Below, in pieces: positions 22,353 to 33,481 of a stretch of DNA of 64,000 nt. Below the pieces are notes generated by a model. It ran no database searches, was not told where the DNA came from, and worked only from the letters and a program-made list of their open reading frames with translations. The stretch is from assembly GCA_002269645.1 (NCBI GenBank), contig NIVC01003957.1:3546-67545 (forward strand), in the 5' to 3' direction. The stretch is from Macrostomum lignano (Eukaryota). The position numbers and the translations under genes are program-made. The first letter of the stretch is position 1. Each line of letters begins with the position of its first letter.

Positions 22353-23555
22353 TCAAAGTAGTGAGCAGCAGCACTGCTGCGGATAGTCCGGGAAGTACAC
22401 TTTCCTGTCCAGGCCGTACACGAAGAACTTTCCGCCGTGACCGTCGAACTTCCAGCTGACCTCAGTGACTGGCGTCACCAGCACCTTGTGCCGCATAGCC
22501 AAAATCCTGCCGTCCTTCTTGTACTTGGCGATCATGGCCGGCAGCAGCTCCTTGGAGAACTTCTGAATGTGCTCTTCCGGAAAGTCGGATAGAGGCACCA
22601 GCACCGCATTCTCATCGCAGTACACCTCCTGGCCCTTGACTTCGGACACCAGGTGATCAGGCAGGGCCGTCTCCTCGTGGATCTTGTCCTCGCTGTGCGT
22701 CTCCCACTTGGTCTGGTTCTGAACATACCACTTGAGCTTCTTGTGCCCGTCGCAGGTCTTGCACTTGTAATTGCCGTGGCCGTGGCACCGGCCGCAGGCG
22801 CGCTGGCCGCTGCCGCTGCAGATGCCGCAAGGCTGAGGACCTTCGGGACCCTCCTGCTCGCCGCTGCCGCTGCAGTGGTCGCAGGCGAAGAACTCCTTGC
22901 CTTTGCACTCGCGACAGCGCACCTTGCCTTTGCCTTTGCAGTACCAGCACTTGCGCACAGAGCAGGTGTGCGGCACCTCCTTCTTCAACTTGTCCTCCTT
23001 CCATTGATTGGACGGCTTCATCTCCAGCTCCCAGGGCATCGGCGCGCTGCCAGCCTTCGGCGGATCAATGCTATCGCCCTTCTTGTAGCCGGTGGACTTC
23101 CACTTCACCTTGCGCTCCTCGACGAACATCTCGCAGCGGTAGACGATGGCGCTGTTAAGCTTCAGGTCGGACAGCTCCATGGACTCGGCGGCCCCAGTGC
23201 GCCAGCAGCTCTGCGACTGGACGTACTTCAGCAGGGCGTCGCGCACCGACTTGCCGTCCAGCCGGCCGACGTCCTTGGGAATGTCCTTGGGCAACGGCTT
23301 GTACTCGGTGTCGTTCGGCTCGTCAGGCGGCGGCAGGAAGCGGGTCTTCTTCCGATCGTCACCCTTCTTCCGGTAGGTCGGCTGCCCGATGATGCTCTCG
23401 TAGGCGTCGACCTTGTCGGGCCGGTACTTGTGGTCCTTGCCCTTCGAGGCCTTCTTCGCCATCTTCTTCTCTTCATCGGAGCTGGACGAGGCCAGAGAAG
23501 TCTCCGAGGACGAGTAGTCGGTGTCGATTTCGATGTCGCCAAACTTGAAGCCCAT
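22353..23555 (-). CDS. SSUH2: SSUH2 homolog (DnaJ-type CxxCxGxG zinc-finger repeats), 400 aa, coding region intronless
   Basis: EVPHTCSVRKCWYCKGKG..CRECKG..CDHCSGSG..CGICSGSG..CGRCHGHG..CKTCDG; C-terminal FFVYGLDRKVYFPDYPQQCCCSLL (CaaX-like). Confidence 0.88.
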   Translation of the reverse strand: MGFKFGDIEIDTDYSSSETSLASSSSDEEKKMAKKASKGKDHKYRPDKVDAYESIIGQPTYRKKGDDRKKTRFLPPPDEPNDTEYKPLPKDIPKDVGRLDGKSVRDALLKYVQSQSCWRTGAAESMELSDLKLNSAIVYRCEMFVEERKVKWKSTGYKKGDSIDPPKAGSAPMPWELEMKPSNQWKEDKLKKEVPHTCSVRKCWYCKGKGKVRCRECKGKEFFACDHCSGSGEQEGPEGPQPCGICSGSGQRACGRCHGHGNYKCKTCDGHKKLKWYVQNQTKWETHSEDKIHEETALPDHLVSEVKGQEVYCDENAVLVPLSDFPEEHIQKFSKELLPAMIAKYKKDGRILAMRHKVLVTPVTEVSWKFDGHGGKFFVYGLDRKVYFPDYPQQCCCSLL

Positions 23556-24967
23556 GGTTGGTTACCGGGTGTATCTGAATTCTGCTATCTGATTTTCTGC
23601 GCTCCCAGATTCCTGTTTGCCGGTGCAGGGACCCTCGCTGTCAGCTTTCCGCTGCTTTTAGCTTCGATTTCTGCCCCCTCCATCTCCCCCCATGCCGTAG
23701 AGGGAAGCGGCATGGAAACGCGTGGCCTCTGCCTAGCAACCAGTTTTGCCCGCTGCCCCCGCAAGAGCAGGGAGGGAAAGAAACAGAAGCTGTGGGCAAG
23801 AGGGGGTAGAAATTTGAGCAGCCCAACACTCAGTATCAGCGGGTGCCCACCCCAAATCTGCCTAGCAACCGGGCAGGGGGGGGTTGTCGGCGACCGGCGT
23901 CCCCGACAGTGGGGAAAACAATTGAGAAAGCGCTTAGGCTTCCCCACAGCGCCAGTTATCCACAGCTGGGGACAGCGCAGCTTGTGTTCTCATGCGCACT
24001 CCTTCATGGGTGTTGTTAATTTTCTTTTCAAAAACTTCTCTCCCTCACTCTCTTTGGTTCCTCTCTCCTTAGCTAGTATTCCCACTGCGTTGCCATAGAG
24101 ACGAGGCAAAACTCCCTGCGCCCAGCAAACACTGCAGCTTGGCTTAGAACTCCCGAACTGCAAACACCGGCTGCTTAAACTCAGGTAGAAAACGGTCCCC
24201 ACTAAATCCACAAGCAGTCTTTGAGACTGAAGAGGCAACCTGGGCCTTTCTTTCAGCTATTCTGCATTTTATTCAACACGATTGGCTTTCCTCTACATTT
24301 CCTGCAATTAGAATTACCTCTAGAAGAAAATGCCTGCGGGCCAACAGCCTTCAAGTATACCGTTGTCTTGGTAACCAGAATGTCTGATTGCGTGTATAAA
24401 AAAAATCTAAAATTCAGGAATACAGGATGAAAGCCTACTAGTTGCTAAGTTAAGCATAGAATATGCTTCATTTGCCCTTCTGGCGACCCAGCTTTAGTAA
24501 AGAGAAACAAATATCTGCTGCTAAATGCATCACTCCTCAAAAAGACAGATCAATCCGTCTCCGCTACTGCAAGTAGCTTAGAAATAATCAACAGATTTTA
24601 TTCCGCAATTCCGGTTTGCAACATGGCAAGCAAGCAAGCGAGACCAGCGAACTACAAATAAAACATGTAGAGTAGTTTTGAGCACCGATAGGAAACTAGA
24701 TGCTCTGCACTCACCCCTGGTCAGGTCTGACCAGCAGTCTGAGCACTACTCAGTATTTATTATAGGACCTTTACAACTTGGTTTAGCATACTTCTGTACT
24801 TAAGCCAACAGTAATTGCATGAGACACCTGATACGCTACGGCAGGTGACTTCTATAATTATAAGACGAAGAATAAGAAACGATGGGCGTGTCATGGAGTG
24901 CCGCCAAAAAGGCTTTTCAAGGTCTCCCATAGCCCAGCCCTTGCTCTGTAAACAAGTTCAGTGAAAT

Positions 24968-27900
24968 ATGGACCTCGAGAATTCCAGTTTCGCAACTTCA
25001 AGCACGTCAAACGTGCTGGACTCCACCACGACCACCCCAGACTTGAAGTCCATCACCTGGGACGATGCAACCTGGATTCTGACGTCAACATTTGTTATCT
25101 TCACTATGCAGTCGGGTGAGACACTAATTTGGATTCGTGTGACTCCCAGGGCAGGGTCACACAAGGACTAATGGACGTTGCGGTTGTTTCAGGACATAGA
25201 ATATTATATTTCTGAACGAAAAGTTTATGGATATCAATAGAGCTATAAGAAAGACACAACTTATCAAAAGATGAACACTGGGTCTGCCTCCTATCGAAAG
25301 CAATAACAATTTTTGTGGTGAAAAAATGAAAACTTCCTATCTCCTTAGTGTATTTTTGGGGGGAAAGTGGCCTTCAAAACATTTTCCATAGATTTCGAGT
25401 GTTGCGTTCTTCTAATTTAGTAGTACTTATGTCAAACACCTGATGGACGATTTTTTACCTTCTACTGTTAAAGTGATCACACGAAGCCTTCGAATAAACT
25501 GCTCACAGAGCGCGATGGTTACGTCCTGATCCAAAGGCAACGATCTGTGGGTCACACATTGACACGAAAGTTGCTCTTAAAGTTGAAAGAGCCAACAAAT
25601 GAGACTTGGCTTTAAAACTACATTAAAATGCTTCTATTTAAGCTACTACTGAACAGAAAGTAGCTTACACGCAAATGTGCTGTAAATGCATTTGCATATA
25701 AATGCAAATAGGTATGAAGTGAATTATCAACTACATTGGCGATACTCATAAATCAAAAGCCAAATAAAATAGCCCAGAACAAGGACTACTGAAAGTAGAA
25801 GGACGGGAACTACATTTCTCGGAAAATTACGTTACATACCGGAGATTCTCATTTTTCAGCCCAAAAATTGGTATTGCTTTTTATAGGAGGCAGACACAAT
25901 GGTTATCTTCTGGTATGTCTGGCCTTTCTTATCGCTCTGTTGGCATTCATAAAGCTTTTACCGTCTGTAGTTTACCGTCTTTCTATTTATTATACTTGAG
26001 TAGTTCTTGGCCTAGAATGATGAGCCAAATTAACAATGATCTGCTGCTGTTGCAGGCTTCGGCCTGCTCGAATCCGGCAGCGTGAACCCTCGCAACGAGG
26101 TCAACATCATGGTGAAAAACGTTGTAGACGTCGTATTCGGCGGCCTGACCTATTGGATGTTCGGCTACGCGCTCTCGTTCGGCCCCGACCCGGGCAACAA
26201 CCCGTTCGTGGGCTGGGGCGAGTTCTTTGTTGACGCCGGGCCCGAAACTATGGGCCAGAAGTTTACCACGTTCATCTTTCAGATGAGCTTTGCCACCACA
26301 GCTACCACTATAGTGTCCGGGGCTATGGCTGAACGGACGAAACTGACGTCCTACATTGTGTTCTCGCTGTTTAACACTGTGATCTATTGCATCCCGGCGC
26401 ATTGGTTCTGGGGCGCGAAGGTGAGGAAAAAAGTTAGGGGACTTGCTTTGCAGCTAGTGATAGCAAGGGTTAATGCTAGCTGTGATCAGATCTGATAGCA
26501 ATGGTTAATGCTAGCTGTGATCAGATCTGATAGCTATGGTTAATGCTAGCTGTGATCAGATCTGATAGCTATGGTTAATGCTAGCTGTGATCAGATCTGA
26601 TAGCAATGGTTAATGTTAGCTGTGATCAGATCTGATAGCTATGGTTAATGCTAGCTGTGATCAGATCTGATAGCAATGGTTAATGCTAGCTGTGATCAGA
26701 TCTGATAGCTATAAGCTAGCTGTGATCAGATCTGATAGCTATGGTTAATGCTAGCTGTGATCAGATCTGATAGCAATGGTTAATGCTAGCTGTGATCAGG
26801 TCTGATAGCAAGGGTTAATGCTAGCTGTGATCAGATCTGATAGCAATAGTTAATGCTAGCTGTGATCAGGTCTGATAGCAAGGGTTAATGCTAGCTGTGA
26901 TCAGATCTGATAGCAATGGTTAATGCTAGCTGTGATCAGATCTGATAGCAATGGTTAATGCTAGCTGTGATCAGGTCTGATAGCAAGGGTTAATGCTAGC
27001 TGTGATCAGATCTGATAGCAATAGTTAATGCTAGCTGTGATCAGGTCTGATAGCAAGGGTTAATGCTAGCTGTGATCAGATCTGATAGCAATGGTTAATG
27101 CTAGCTGTGATCAGATCTGATAGCAATGGTTAATGCTAGCTGTGATCAGATCTGATAGCAAGGGTTAATGCTAGCTGTGATCAGATCTGATAGCTATAAG
27201 CTAGCTGTGATCAGATCTGATAGCTATGGTTAATGCTAGCTGTGATCAGATCTGATAGCAATGGTTAATGCTAGCTGTGATCAGGTCTGATAGCAAGGGT
27301 TAATGCTAGCTGTGATCAGATCTGATAGCAATAGTTAATGCTAGCTGTGATCAGGTCTGATAGCAAGGGTTAATGCTAGCTGTGATCAGATCTGATAGCA
27401 ATGGTTAATGCTAGCTGTGATCAGATCTGATAGCAATGGTTAATGCTAGCTGTGATCAGGTCTGATAGCAAGGGTTAATGCTAGCTGTGATCAGATCTGA
27501 TAGCAATAGTTAATGCTAGCTGTGATCAGGTCTGATAGCAAGGGTTAATGCTAGCTGTGATCAGATCTGATAGCAATGGTTAATGCTAGCTGTGATCAGA
27601 TCTGATAGCAATGGTTAATGCTAGCTGTGATCAGATCTGATAGCAAGGGTTAATGCTAGCTGTGATCAGATCTGATAGCTATAAGCTAGCTGTGATCAGA
27701 TCTGATAGCTATGGTTAATGCTAGCTGTGATCAGATCTGATAGCAATGGTTAATGCTAGCTGTGATCAGATCTGATAGCAATGGTTAATGCTAGCTGTGA
27801 TCAGATCTGATAGCAATGGTTAATGCTAGCTGTGATCAGATCTGATAGCAAGGGTTAATGCTAGCTGTGATCAGATCTAATAGCTATAAGCTAGCTGTGA

Positions 27901-30900
27901 TCAGATCTGATAGCTATGGTTAATGCTAGCTGTGATCAGATCTGATAGCAATGGTTAATGCTAGCTGTGATCAGATCTGATAGCAAGGGTTAATGCTAGC
28001 TGTGATCAGATCTGATCGTAAGATCTCAATTATCGTATTAAATTTATTACTCAAACGCAACTTCAATATTTTAATGAATACATGTAGGGCTTCCTCAACG
28101 ATCTTGGAGTTGTGGACATCGCCGGAGTTGGTCCTGTTCACCTTCTGGGCGGCACCACAGGTCTGGTGGCCACATTGCTGCTCAAACCAAGAACCGGGCG
28201 GTTCTGCGAGGGCCAGTCGGCACCTCCGATGGGATGTCCGACAAACGTTATGCTGGGAATGTTCATGCTGTGGTGAGCATCGAATGCTCTTGTAGTCACT
28301 TGGATTTGAAGGTTTAGTCTAAGACCGGGATCGGCAAACTCCGAAGCCTGTCTATCCGGCCCTCGGGTCATAATTGAAACTTCACAATAACAATGCGGCC
28401 CACTCAACGGTGATCATGAATTGTTTCAGCTCTCTCTCTCTTCTCTCTCCTGTTTTCTTCTATCTTTTCTCTCATCCCATCTCGCCTCTCCTCTCTTCTC
28501 TCATCTCTGATCTATTCCCTCTCTTTTTCACTCTCATTTGACCCGCAGCCACGAACTGGATTATTTATCTGGCCCTCGAGGTAAAAACATTTGCCGACCC
28601 CTGGGACTCTAAGAGTGCTCATGCTGTGCGGAGTGCTTCAAATACGAATGCCCGATGCATGATAAGAAAATCTTCAATAATATCGTAATATGAATAATAG
28701 CAATCTTTAGGTCTCGGGAGAAGTTTCTGATCTGTGGTGGAAGATATTTATAATGTATATTGTGAAGTAATTTATGACTGACAAGTGTGCTGGACCGACC
28801 TTATTAACGTGGACTGACTTATACTGCACCTTCACCACCTAAACCGAATGATCCTGAACCTGCCCAGGTGGGGCTGGCTAGGCTTCAATTGCGGCAGCAC
28901 CTTCGGCATTCGCGGTGGCAAGTGGAAGCTGGCGGCCAGGTCGGCCGTGTCCACCATCATGTCTTCCATGGGCGGCGGTCTCTCCAGCCTCAGTCTGACG
29001 TGAGCTTTGCAATTTCTAGATAACTACACCAACAATCCGTGAAAGTTTCCAGCAATGTCTCCCACTTAAACTCCTAGATTTATCCTGTGTAAGGGAAAAT
29101 TCGACATTGCGGACATTGTGAATGGTATTTTAGGCGCCCTGGTGTCCATAACGGGTAAGCACGCATCTCTACAACTGACTTCTGATTACACGTTTACCAA
29201 CAGCAAAAAGTAGGATCGAGCGTAACAGACCAAACCTACCTGGCCATGCAGGTATGTGCGCCATTGCTCACCCATGGGAGGCGATAGTGATTGGCCTGTT
29301 GGCCGGACTGTACACAACTGGCACAACGCGATTGGTAGAACGACTACGAATAGACGATCCAGTGGGTGTAATACCTGTGCACCTAGTCTGCGGCCTCTGG
29401 GGACTCACGGCTACCGGCCTTTTTGTTGAGCAGGTTTGGAATCTTAAATACACGTAGGGTACGGTTGACAATAAGTTGCATATTAACAGTAGGAAAATAA
29501 TGGTATCGCTTCCGCCTCGATCTGATTATCAATATCAAGACGTTCCAGACATTTTGACCCGCACATCTACATAAAGTTTCTGGATTTAAGACAAGACAGT
29601 CAATCTACGACCTATTCAAGGATTGCTTAGGAAAGTTCCATTGTTCAAGAAAATCAAATTTTACACTTTCAGTCTGAGGGTGAAACAGCGCCCCATGGAA
29701 TTTCTGGAGATACCAAAATGTCAAGATTGTGTCTGCATGGGGCTCCCAGTGTGGATTTTTGGACCCCCGGGACGGTACTTTCTAACTGACGAAAACATGT
29801 TGCACGCTGTGGATATAGTTTCTAAAAATAAGGAGTAAAATATTTCCTTCAAGTTTATATGCCCGAGGAGTTCCAGTCAGCGCAAGAATGTTTAAAAGGA
29901 AATTCATTGCATGGTAGTTCAACTGCTAATCATAGACCTAGCAAGCATTAGTAATCAACTAAAAAATGCTGCACACTCAGGACACTCTGGAGAACCTAAC
30001 CAAAGGCAGATGCGGCCTGTTCCGCGGCTGCGGCCTCGGCCTGCTGGGAGTTCAACTGCTGGCAGCTCTGTGCATCACCGCCTGGGCTGTTGTGGTCACC
30101 CTCGCTCAATTACTGGTATGCGTAAATATGAACTTGTCAGACAGTTAGATAGTCACATGTATCTCGCACTTGTCAGACAGAGTTAGATAGTCACATGTAT
30201 CTCGCACTTGTCAGACAGAGTTAGATAGTCACATGTATCTCGCACTTGTCAGACAGAGTTAGATAGTCACATCACATGTATCTCGCAGAGTTTCAGGCAA
30301 ATCCCATGGGGTGAACAGCGGTCATGGCTTTCTCATCGTCAATCATGTGCACACTGCCTTGGGGTTGGTCTTCCACGACATGGCACAACCAGCCCTAGTC
30401 CAAATCAATGAATAAAAACAGTACTCAGAGTCAGACCCATTATCCCTGACCTGCTCAGAGAGACTGTACAGTCCAGAAGATTTTTTCAATGAGGGCAGCA
30501 CTGTTAATTTCAATTGCTGTCATGATTTTCAAAATTGAGACCGCTTCAATAAGCTGGGTTTCTTGTGCCATAGCGCGCGTCATGACACATCAACTTTAAT
30601 GTATTTCACATCCTGAATTTGGACCTTTGGATGACGAATTGGCACCTTGTTTTTCTCAAGCTGGATACCACTATTTGATTTCTGTCGTAGTTACTGCAGT
30701 TGATTTTTCAGTTGAAGCATCAATAATTTTTATTAAAACTATGAAAAATTTCAATCAATTGTTAAATTTGAGTAATCTGTAAACATGGAGTCAAGGACTA
30801 CTCAAGTATAGGATGGGAAACTTCCGTTTCTTAGAAAGTGTTGAGGCAGGTTTTCGCCAAAAAATACACTAAACGGAGATAGGAAGTTTTCAATTTTCAG

Positions 30901-31526
30901 CACAAAAATTGTTATTGCTTTCGGTAGGAGGCAGACCCATTGTTCATATTTTGATATGTTGTGCTATTTTTATAGCTCTATTGATATTTATGAAGCTTTT
31001 CGTTTAGAAAATTAGAATTCTATGTTTACTTTTTATTCTACGTACAATTGCACATGTCCAGTGCCTAAAAAACATTAAAATGGCACGACTCGGCTCATTG
31101 TTTTTATGAATCTACGATCGAGTATTTCATCAGTCTTAGCTGACTGTGTAAAAATAGGTGTAACAGAGATGATTTTAGTAAGATTTCAGCGCAGCTCGAA
31201 CCGCGCACTCTAACTGTGTATACACTCTTCATCCCCAGTTAATCCAGCGGCTGATAGGTCTGCGAGTGTCAACCGAGGAAGAACTGCTGGGTGCCGACTA
31301 CTGCGAGCACAAAATCATGAATCGAGCGTATTCAGGCGCGCCTGTACAAGTGACCAAGCAGCCAGGACAGTCGCCGCCACAGGAGCAGCCAGCAGATCTG
31401 GGCACGCCACTGCCGCCATCGAAACCGCCTCCTGAGGATGCCGGTCAAGTAAACGGTGGTGTCCGAGGCGGAGGAGCAAGCCGGGTTCGAGTCCGAATGG
31501 CCAGGCCTTTGGAAACTACTTGCTAA
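24968..31526 (+). CDS. amt: Ammonium transporter (Amt family), 503 aa. Exons 24968-25115, 26056-26420, 28088-28272, 28868-28999, 29078-29154, 29252-29433, 29981-30115, 31239-31526
   Basis: Phases consistent, 1512 nt total. Motifs WDDATWILTSTFVIFTMQSGFGLLESG, FQMSFATTATTIVSGAMAER, DIAGVGPVHLLGG, WWGWLGFNCGS, IDDPVGVIPVHLVCG, GLRVSTEEELLGADYCEH; both pore histidines present. Confidence 0.95.
25205..25965. mobile_element. MITE-like element with degenerate long inverted ends in Amt intron 1; a further end copy at 30790-31010 in intron 7
   Basis: 25209-25345 is inverted relative to 25848-25960. 25209-25360 is about 85-90 percent identical by eye to the reverse complement of 30855-31010. Confidence 0.65.
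26448..28017. repeat. 35-bp minisatellite ATGGTTAATGCTAGCTGTGATCAGATCTGATAGCA (~45 copies), Amt intron 2
   Basis: Period 35 (27061/27096); contains the palindrome ATCAGATCTGAT. Confidence 0.95.
30140..30287. repeat. 38-bp tandem repeat (~4 copies), Amt intron 7
   Basis: GACAGAGTTAGATAGTCACATGTATCTCGCACTTGTCA. Confidence 0.85.
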
Positions 31527-31649
31527 GATTATGCCTTCACGAGTACAGTGTTTACTTACCCCCTGGTTGGGCAACTTATGCAGAATGCTTAACTTCAGAC
31601 TTAACATTAATATATGACGCGTTTCTTCAATTCAACGAGGCATAGAGTA

Positions 31650-32244
31650 CGAGGGGTATCCGGAAAGTTCAGACACTTTTAATCTCAGAGCAAAAACAGT
31701 AGCAGCTGCAAGCACAACTTTGATGTCAATTTAAAGCGGCACATCTACTTTTCTTTCCAATGAATTCAGTCGCGTGAATTTTGATTAGTTCATTCAAAAG
31801 TTGTGTGTGAAAACCATTGTAATGCAACTGATAGTGTTACAGTAATAGGTGAGGTACATAACTTAGTTTTTTATGGATCTTGTTTGCTCTAATGTACAGT
31901 GCATCCCTCTCTTACCGTCCACCATTTCTGTGTTGAGTATTTCATACACTCCGTCACTTGTAAGCAAATCTCACTGTTTTGCACCTTGCGAAATTTTGCT
32001 TAGTCAAGTGTTTTCATTTTGTGATTATTGACACCATAATGTGTGCAATCGAAAGAAGTCCAAAGGAATGGGAAAAGTGTGTTGCTACAGTTGGAGACCA
32101 TGTTGGGAAGGCTGCTTTGAATTCATTCATTTTTCATTGGAAGGAAGAGATGTGCCGCTTTAAAATGGCACCAAAGTTGTGCTTGCAGCTGATACTGTTT
32201 TTGCTCTGGGATTCAAAGTGTCAGAACTTTTCGGACACCCCTCG
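31650..32244. mobile_element. Mariner-type MITE, 595 bp, ~100-bp TIRs, TA target duplication
   Basis: TA|CGAGGGGTATCCGGAAAGTTCAGACACTTT...GCGGCACATCT at left; AGATGTGCCGC...AAAGTGTCAGAACTTTTCGGACACCCCTCG|TA at right. Confidence 0.85.
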
Positions 32245-32630
32245 TACATAAATTCAGTAAATAAAGCCACAAAAACTGAAAATTTATCTAACAAATATGA
32301 GCCCAACGCTCATGAAAAATTTCTAATCAAAATGATACTCTTGTGCTGTAGCATTTATTGTTTTCCATTTAGAAAATATTTGCAACAAAATATCTATATA
32401 CTCGTAGTAAAAATGCAATTAAAAGCAAGAATATATCTTACAAATTAGTAATACAATTGGACTAAACTCAGAGTAAATAGGTGAACAAACACGAAATTAG
32501 CTACAAAATTAGGAAATTCTTAGATTTACAAATAAATACTTGCTAAATAATCATCACTCCAGATACAGAACATACTACTAAATATCTATCCGGTTAGTAA
32601 TAAGACAGTTTCAATAATCTCTCTCGACAA

Positions 32631-33481
32631 TCATGGACGAAGCAATACAATCTCGATGACGCGAAGTCCTCTCTCGCTGGGATCGATCATGCTGAGATTG
32701 CGCGGCCCAAATACAGTGCGATTGTACTCTTCCACTAGGCGGCTGACCGAGCGCAGGCACTTCGTTGTCGAGTTCACAGGTATGGGCTTCAGGTTATATT
32801 GAGAAGCGTTACAAAAGGGAAGGAGATGGACAGTGGACTCAGACACAAGATGGGTGGTGGGCTCAAAGACACAAGGAGATGGACAGTGGACTCAAAAGAT
32901 ACACTGAAGATGGACAGGGGACTCAAAGACAGGAGATGGAGGGTGGGCTCAAAAGACACAAGGAGATGGACGGTGGACTCAAAAGACACAAAGAGATGGA
33001 TGGTGGACTCAAAAGAGAAAAGTAGATGGACAGTGGACTCAAGATACACTGAAGATGGACAGGCGACTCAAAAGACACACGGGAGATATATAGTGTACTC
33101 AAGGCACAAGATTGTTGGGGATAATATAGACAAGAAAATGAAAAAGACACAAGGGCAGTGAACTCAAAGATCAGCAAACGCTTGTACCTTTTCGTATTGC
33201 GTCTCCATGCAGATGTATGCCAAGTAGCCAGTCAGACAGGCAAAGCAGCTCTCCAGATAGACACTGGCCGAGCCAGTCTCAGCAGCAATCAGTAGCTGGT
33301 TAATGTTGCCAATGACAGCAGTGAACACTTCCTCTGGTATTCTGCCCTGCAATTTAGCTGGCAGTTCAGTTGAGAAGCGCAACTCAGTACCATGGCTATA
33401 GTCACGGGGTACAAAGGCTTTGTTGGCTGGAGGCAAGATTGTGGCACTAGAGCTATTTGGTAGTGGCTTTGATGAGCTCAT
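32631..33481 (-). CDS. GOLGA7: Golgin A7 / Erf4-family palmitoyltransferase cofactor, 140 aa. Exons 33188-33481 and 32631-32759
   Basis: KAFVPRDYSHGTELRFSTELP..., YLESCFACLTGYLAYICMETQYEK|CLRSVSRLVEEYN...DPSERGLRVIEI; phase-0 GT-AG intron (AAG acceptor) containing a degenerate repeat. Confidence 0.9.

Noticed and set aside
22653-24098. 481-aa plus-strand ORF
   Set aside because: Antisense shadow of GC3-rich SSUH2; no domain features.
26448-28017. CRISPR-like appearance of ~35-bp palindromic repeats (also other arrays)
   Set aside because: Head-to-tail units without unique spacers, inside spliceosomal introns, and no cas genes.
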